Shown here: piece after piece, positions 41,651 to 47,124 of the stretch
How positions within the stretch are numbered: position 1 is the first letter of the stretch
How the letters are laid out: every line of letters starts with the position of its first letter
Assembly: GCA_003552325.1 (NCBI GenBank)
Contig: PUKM01000007.1
Location: 1-47,124 of the forward strand
Source of the DNA: Natrialbaceae archaeon
Lineage (GTDB): Archaea > Halobacteriota > Halobacteria > Halobacteriales > Natrialbaceae
Length of the DNA stretch: 47,124 bases
Direction: 5' to 3'
Program-made: the position numbers and the translations under genes
Notes under the pieces: generated by a model
What the model was told of the DNA's origin: nothing
Databases searched by the model: none
What the model saw: only the letters and a program-made list of their open reading frames with translations

Positions 41651-43903
41651 ATGGTTACTCATCCAGATCGTAACTCAGAGCACGAGTCTCAGGCGGTCGA
41701 CCGCAGCCGTCGCCGGTTTCTCGGTGCAACCGCCGCTGGCTCACTTGCCGCCATGGTGCCAGCGAGTGCGGGCGTCGTTGCGAGCGACGGCGATGACACG
41801 ATTACCATCGTTCACGACACCCACTTCCACGGCCGATTCCGTGATGCTGAACAGGACGACTTGAATATCGCCCGGTACTACACTGTCGTCCAGGACGTTC
41901 TCGAGGACGCCGAAAACGCTCTCTTCCTTGGCAATGGTGACGACATCGCACCCTCGCTGCTCGGGCTCGAGTACGAAGGCAAACACATGATCGAGGCGCT
42001 GAACTACATGGATATCGACGCGGTCGGCGTCGGCAATCACGAGTACGACTTCGGCCCCGACGTCGCCGAAGCGCGCTTCGAAGAGAGTGAGTTCCCGTGG
42101 GTCGTCGCGAACCTGCTCACCGACGAGGACGAGCCCGTGCCCGGAACCGAACGCTGGACCACCCTCGAGGTTGGCGATCTCACCGTCGGTGTATTCGGGT
42201 TGGTTTCGGAGAACTTCAAGCGCCTCACCGATTATCCCGAGGAGTGGCAGGTGCTTGGCTACGTCGAGGGCTCACAGGAAGCGGTCGACGCCTTGCGTGA
42301 AGAGGAAGGCGCAGATGTCGTGGTCTGTGCCTCTCACGTAAGCAGCGGCGTTCACTTTACGATCGCGAGCGAGGTGGAGGGCCTCGACGCCATCGTCGGT
42401 TCACACTCGGGTGTGGTCTTCGACGAGCCACAGGTGGAAGACGGGACGATCATTAGCGAGTTCGGCGACGAGTTCGACCACGTTGGATCGATTACGATCG
42501 ACAGCGATGGCGACCTCGTGGACTGGCAACGAACCGACCTGTTGCCTGACGGCTGGGATCCTAATGAGGAAGAAGAAGAGTACGACGAAATCACGAGCCA
42601 GTACGTCTCGGATATCGAGGCGGACGACGGCCTGATGGAACTCTATGAGGAGTGGCAAATCCCACTCGACGAGGAACTCGACCAGCCGTTCTTTACGAGC
42701 GAGACCGACCTCAACGGGTCGTTCGATAACTACGCCATCGAGACTGGCTTCGGGAACCTGATTACGGACGCCATGCTCGAGATCGGTGAGGAAGCCGGCG
42801 TCGAGATCGACATCGCGGCCCAAAACGGCGGCGGCATTCGCGGTGGCGAGTACGAAGCCGGTGAGATCCCCGGTTCGGCCGTCATGGAAACGCTTCCGTT
42901 CCCCAACCTAATCGACGTCCTCGAGGTCACGGGCCAGGAACTGATCGACTTCCTCGGTGATCAACAACGGGCACATCCGAGCGATCAGTTCGGAACCCAG
43001 CCAGCCATTCAGGTGTCCGGTATCTCGTATGAGTGGTGGGGTCACACCGACGACAGCACCATCACCGACGACTGGGAGCAGTACGACGCCTTCGGAGACG
43101 GTATCTCTGCGGTGAAAAACGTCTTCGTCAACGGCGAACCGGTCGATCCCGACGAAACGTACGTCATGGCGACGAACGACTACTTCCGGGAGAACGAGTT
43201 CGGCATCGATGACGACGACCTCGAGTTCCAGTCGAACGCCACGATGGGTGCGTTCGTCCTGGACGTCCTCGAGGAGTGGGGCGAAGTCGCCCCCGAACGC
43301 GAACACCGCATGATCCGTGTCGACGAGGACGTTGGTGACGCAAGCGTCGAAGACGCTGGTGACGAGGTTCATCTCTCGTTTGCGTTCCCTGAAAGCGGAA
43401 CCGAAGTGCTCGAGGACTCCTTCCGGGCCGTCATCCGGACGGGCGACGAACTCGAGGCCACCGGTGTCGACGCGAACGACGACACCGTGACCGTTTCGTT
43501 CGACGCCGATGCCCTCGAGGAACTGGCCTCGAGCGTCGACGAGCCGGTGCTCCGGGTGTTCGGTGGCTACGAGAGCGACGACGACTTCTGGGACTACGAC
43601 TTCGACATCCCCACCTCGGACGGTTACGATCACCTCAAACTGCGTTCCGGTGTCGACGACGCGGCCGTGCTCGAGGCGTTGAGTGATGAGGGCGACGACG
43701 ACGATGATGACCATGATGACGCTGACGACGATGCTGACGACCACGCTGATGATGCAGACGACGGGGTTGCAGACGATACCGACGTTGCGGGTGACGACGG
43801 CTCGCCCGGGTTCGGTCCGCTCGCTGCTCTCGCCGGGGCTGGCGGTGGCGCGTATCTCTACTCACGCGTGAAAAGTGACGACACCGACGAAGAGCACGTC
43901 TAA
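41651..43903 (+). CDS. Tat-exported 5'-nucleotidase/metallophosphoesterase with PGF-CTERM, copy 1
   Basis: SRRRFLG signal; DTHFHG, GNGDD, GNHEYDFG, NGGGIR, LPFPN; C-terminal SPGFG plus hydrophobic segment. Confidence 0.9.
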   Translation: MVTHPDRNSEHESQAVDRSRRRFLGATAAGSLAAMVPASAGVVASDGDDTITIVHDTHFHGRFRDAEQDDLNIARYYTVVQDVLEDAENALFLGNGDDIAPSLLGLEYEGKHMIEALNYMDIDAVGVGNHEYDFGPDVAEARFEESEFPWVVANLLTDEDEPVPGTERWTTLEVGDLTVGVFGLVSENFKRLTDYPEEWQVLGYVEGSQEAVDALREEEGADVVVCASHVSSGVHFTIASEVEGLDAIVGSHSGVVFDEPQVEDGTIISEFGDEFDHVGSITIDSDGDLVDWQRTDLLPDGWDPNEEEEEYDEITSQYVSDIEADDGLMELYEEWQIPLDEELDQPFFTSETDLNGSFDNYAIETGFGNLITDAMLEIGEEAGVEIDIAAQNGGGIRGGEYEAGEIPGSAVMETLPFPNLIDVLEVTGQELIDFLGDQQRAHPSDQFGTQPAIQVSGISYEWWGHTDDSTITDDWEQYDAFGDGISAVKNVFVNGEPVDPDETYVMATNDYFRENEFGIDDDDLEFQSNATMGAFVLDVLEEWGEVAPEREHRMIRVDEDVGDASVEDAGDEVHLSFAFPESGTEVLEDSFRAVIRTGDELEATGVDANDDTVTVSFDADALEELASSVDEPVLRVFGGYESDDDFWDYDFDIPTSDGYDHLKLRSGVDDAAVLEALSDEGDDDDDDHDDADDDADDHADDADDGVADDTDVAGDDGSPGFGPLAALAGAGGGAYLYSRVKSDDTDEEHV
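43793..43873 (+). repeat. 81-bp PGF-CTERM coding repeat, copy 1
   Basis: 77/81 nt identical to 46097-46177. Confidence 0.9.
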
Positions 43904-44032
43904 GCCTCCTCCTCGTCTTCCGTTCGTCCCACTCGAGACCGACACTACGATTTTCACTCACTTGGAAACGTTATTGCGGCAACGAATACTGTCACAGAAA
44001 CTATTTTCAAGACAGCCTCCTGGCTCACGACC

Positions 44033-46207
44033 GTGACACGAAAAGACACACGCTTCGATATTACTGAGTCATCAGAGAACGCGATTGGGACCCACCGACG
44101 ACGGTTTCTCGGCGCAGCGGCAGGCGGGCTCTCGATGGCCGCCCTCGGACTTGGATCGAGTACGGCAGGCGCTGAAGCCGACGAAACACTGACTATCATC
44201 CACGACACCCACTTCCATGGTCGCCTCGAGGACGATGTCGCGACCATTGCTGAATACTGGGCGTTGATTCAGCACCTTCAGGACGAACACGAGAACGCGA
44301 TTTTTGTGGGAGCGGGTGACGAGTTCTCGCCGTCGGTCGAAGGTTCGTTTTTCGAAGGCGAACACATCGTCGAGGCACTCAATATCATGGACCCAGCGGG
44401 TGTGGCCGTTGGCAATCACGAAAACGACTTCGGTGAGGACGTCGCCGAAGAACGGTTCGCCGCGAGTGAGTTCCCCTGGCTCGCGACGAATATGGCGACT
44501 GAAGACGGCGAGCCCTATCCCGAAACGGAACACTACGTCACCACGGAGGTCGGGGGACTCACCGTCGGTGTCATTGGCTTCGTGCCGGACGGCTTTTCGT
44601 TCGACGGGGCCGAATCACTCGATCTGATCGAGTCGACACAGGACGCCGTCGACACCCTGCGAGAGGAGGAAGGTGCGGACCTCGTGGTTGCTGGCTCACA
44701 CCTCGGTGGCGTCTCGCCAAAACTCGAGGTCGCCGAGGCAGTCGACGGGCTCGATGCGATCGTCGGCGACCACTATGCGACGATCGAGGACGAGCCTCGG
44801 GAGGAAAGCGGGACAGTCATCAGCGTTGCCGGTGACGAGTTCGATCATCTCGCCTACCTGACCCTCGACAGCGACGGGGAACTGCTCGAGCACGAACTGA
44901 TCTCCCTCGAGGAGTACAAAGAAGCGGAGGGGATCGAACCAGATGCGGAAATGCAAGAACTGTACGAGGAGTATACCTCGATCATTGACGAGGAACTCGA
45001 CCAGGAGATCGCCTACGCAGGGGTCGATCTCGATGCCCGATTCGACTCGAGTTACAACCAGGAAAACGAGTACGGGAACCTGGTGACTGAAGCGATGGCT
45101 CACGGGACTGATTCCGATGTGGCGATCATGAACGCCGGTGGAATTCGATCGAACCGCATCTACGAGGCCGGTCCGATTACGGCCGGCGAACTCGTCGACA
45201 CACTCCCGTTCCCGGACCCCGTTATCCGGGCGGAGGTGACTGGTGACGAACTCGAGGGGATGTTGCTCGACCGGGTATCGACCTTGCCGGAGGCGAACTT
45301 CGGTGCCCAACAGCAGATTCAGGTCCACAATATCCACTACGACTGGACCGGCATCGAAGATCGGGCGGTCGAGAACGTCCACGTCGGTGGCGAGCCACTC
45401 GATCCGGACGCGACGTACTCGGCGGCGCTCACGAACGTCATGGCGAGCATCTTAGCCGGAATACGGGGAGAAGCAGAGGCCGAAGACCAGGGTGAGTTGA
45501 CCGACAGTCCGGGCAACCTTCTGCTCGAACACGTCGAAGACCTGGGCTACCTCGAACCCGAACTCCACAACCGGATTCACCGTTTCGACGAGGACGTTGG
45601 CGAGCCGACGGGCATCGATCACGGCGACCAGCAGGTAACCCTCGAGTACCCGGTGCCGGAACACAGCCTGGGTACTCACGAGTCGACGTTTTACGCGGTG
45701 AATCAACACGGCGTTCGTATCGAGGCGACGGCCGTCGACGAGCGCGACGATGCGGTCAGTGTCGGGTTCCCATCAGGGGCCTTCGAAACCCTCGCTACTG
45801 GCGTCGAGGAACCGACCGTTCGCGTCTTCGGTGGGTTCGACCCCGACGACAGCGACGATGGGTACGCACTCGAGCGGGACGGAGACCTCCTCGAGTTGCC
45901 GGTTGCCGCTCGCTTCGATTACTTCGTGCTCCGGGGAGACGTGCCTGTCGACGAACTCGAGCTCGAGGCCCTCGAAGCGTCTAGGGATGAAACGGACGAA
46001 ACGAACGATGACGACGGCGATGGGTCAGACGACGAGAGTGATGGTGAGGACACCGTGACCGAAGACGACGTCGGAGACGACACCGCTGTCGACGATGACG
46101 ACGGCTCACCTGGCTTCGGTCCGCTCGCCGCTCTCGCCGGGGCTGGCGGTGGCGCGTATCTCTACTCACGCGTGAAAGGCGATGTGAACGAGGAACAGGA
46201 CGGATAG
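44033..46207 (+). CDS. Tat-exported 5'-nucleotidase/metallophosphoesterase with PGF-CTERM, copy 2
   Basis: HRRRFLG signal; DTHFHG, GAGDE, GNHENDFG, NAGGIR, LPFPD; SPGFG tail; GTG start uncertain. Confidence 0.9.
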   Translation: MTRKDTRFDITESSENAIGTHRRRFLGAAAGGLSMAALGLGSSTAGAEADETLTIIHDTHFHGRLEDDVATIAEYWALIQHLQDEHENAIFVGAGDEFSPSVEGSFFEGEHIVEALNIMDPAGVAVGNHENDFGEDVAEERFAASEFPWLATNMATEDGEPYPETEHYVTTEVGGLTVGVIGFVPDGFSFDGAESLDLIESTQDAVDTLREEEGADLVVAGSHLGGVSPKLEVAEAVDGLDAIVGDHYATIEDEPREESGTVISVAGDEFDHLAYLTLDSDGELLEHELISLEEYKEAEGIEPDAEMQELYEEYTSIIDEELDQEIAYAGVDLDARFDSSYNQENEYGNLVTEAMAHGTDSDVAIMNAGGIRSNRIYEAGPITAGELVDTLPFPDPVIRAEVTGDELEGMLLDRVSTLPEANFGAQQQIQVHNIHYDWTGIEDRAVENVHVGGEPLDPDATYSAALTNVMASILAGIRGEAEAEDQGELTDSPGNLLLEHVEDLGYLEPELHNRIHRFDEDVGEPTGIDHGDQQVTLEYPVPEHSLGTHESTFYAVNQHGVRIEATAVDERDDAVSVGFPSGAFETLATGVEEPTVRVFGGFDPDDSDDGYALERDGDLLELPVAARFDYFVLRGDVPVDELELEALEASRDETDETNDDDGDGSDDESDGEDTVTEDDVGDDTAVDDDDGSPGFGPLAALAGAGGGAYLYSRVKGDVNEEQDG
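46097..46177 (+). repeat. 81-bp PGF-CTERM coding repeat, copy 2
   Basis: 77/81 nt identical to 43793-43873. Confidence 0.9.
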
Positions 46208-46248
46208 TCGGGAGGGACAGGTTCTACTTCTTCGTCGTTTAGCACTAC

Positions 46249-46731
46249 TCAGGCTGGTGTTGGTGGCAGTCGTACGTTTTCGAACCAGAAATCCTCGAGC
46301 GTACTGACGAGTTCATCGAACGCGGCTGGACTCGTGGGTTTGGTCAGATACGCATTGGCAGCTCGGTTGTAACTTCGTCTCACATCCTGCTTATCCCCCG
46401 AACTCGTGAGGATCAAGACGGGGACTCTGGCAAGATCGGAATGGGACCTAATGGCATCGAGGACGGCAAATCCATCCATTCCGGGCAAGTTCAGGTCCAA
46501 CAGTACGAGCTGCGGAATAGCGACGTCCGGGTCCTCGAGGCTGTTTTCGAGGATGGTCATCGCCTCGTTGCCGGTGTCAGCGAGTCGTAACGTAGGGTCG
46601 ACGTCCGCTGAGTCGAACGCCTCTTGGACGAGCCGTGCATCTCCCGGGTTGTCTTCGACGAGTAACACACTTTCGACAGCCGTGTCGGATCCAGCACCAA
46701 ACCCACCCCAGGTGGACGACGTTTGCTCCAT
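46249..46731 (-). CDS. Stand-alone response regulator receiver (Rcp1-like)
   Basis: LLVEDNPGD, LLDLNLPGMDG, LTSS, ANAYLTKP, FW; start uncertain. Confidence 0.9.
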   Translation of the reverse strand: MEQTSSTWGGFGAGSDTAVESVLLVEDNPGDARLVQEAFDSADVDPTLRLADTGNEAMTILENSLEDPDVAIPQLVLLDLNLPGMDGFAVLDAIRSHSDLARVPVLILTSSGDKQDVRRSYNRAANAYLTKPTSPAAFDELVSTLEDFWFENVRLPPTPA

Positions 46732-46841
46732 GATTGGGTTATGAGACGCACTCCGGTAAGGCTCGTTCCTAAATGGCTTGGTCGTCAGCCATACCTGAAA
46801 CACAAGCGGTATGGATCATCGCTCCTAGACACCGAATACGA

Positions 46842-47124
46842 ATGGTTGGAGAGAGTTCGGGTCCTCGTCGATGGTTCCTTTCTCGAGGAGGAGCCGTTGG
46901 CGGAACCCTCCTGGTAGCGGGCTGTCTGAGTGGCAGTGATGATGAGGAGCAAGCAGATGAGGCTGATGACGACGAAGCGGCAGATGATGACGGCGAGATG
47001 GATGACCTCCTCGCGTTCCCCGAAGTCGAAGACCCCCCTGCGGCCGTCTATCGGCCAACCCACCGCGAGGAGATGCTCATGCTCGAGCCAGTCGAAGCCG
47101 GTGAGTACCGGTTCGGGCCGATGC
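46842..47124 (+). CDS. Tat lipoprotein, probable haloarchaeal iron-transport-associated protein (3'-truncated; not in the ORF track)
   Basis: Manual translation MVGESSGPRRWFLSRGGAVGGTLLVAGCLSG...DPPAAVYRPTHREEM...: RR signal, VAGC lipobox; AVYxPTH recalled from haloarchaeal 'iron transporter' lipoproteins. Confidence 0.65.
   Translation, partial: MVGESSGPRRWFLSRGGAVGGTLLVAGCLSGSDDEEQADEADDDEAADDDGEMDDLLAFPEVEDPPAAVYRPTHREEMLMLEPVEAGEYRFGPM

Noticed and set aside
43685-43800. GAC/GAT tandem-like repeats (also 37570-37670, 46000-46100, 46935-47005)
   Set aside because: Asp-rich linkers inside proteins; no fixed repeat-spacer pattern, so not CRISPR or VNTR
46785-47063. Minus-strand ORFs at the right end
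   Set aside because: Antisense of the plus-strand Tat lipoprotein beginning at 46842

Overview
GC-rich haloarchaeal chromosomal window (acidic proteins, TATA-box promoters with mostly leaderless starts, few CTAG sites; abundant CTCGAG suggests Natrialbales, by inference). Most of it is core or conserved genes: porAB, aroC, katG, NAD kinase, a tRNA methylthiotransferase, srp54, topA, nurA, MgtE-type and TrkA-C transport genes and two UspA genes. It also holds two tandem paralog pairs of Tat-exported enzymes (polysaccharide-lyase-like; PGF-CTERM 5'-nucleotidases). Main observations: (1) a 1,400-bp transposase-free mobile cassette at 38289-39688 with 18-bp IS5-like terminal inverted repeats and a perfect 8-bp target-site duplication, carrying only HalOD1 and Lrp/AsnC regulatory genes; (2) a candidate structured minus-strand small RNA or small ORF with its own TATA box and alternative pairings between topA and a nitrilase gene; (3) pervasive CTCGAG enrichment including intergenic DNA, absent from the cassette; (4) near-identical PGF-CTERM tails on otherwise diverged nucleotidase paralogs. 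No rRNA, tRNA or CRISPR array was recognised. Family assignments come from motif recognition, not database searches.
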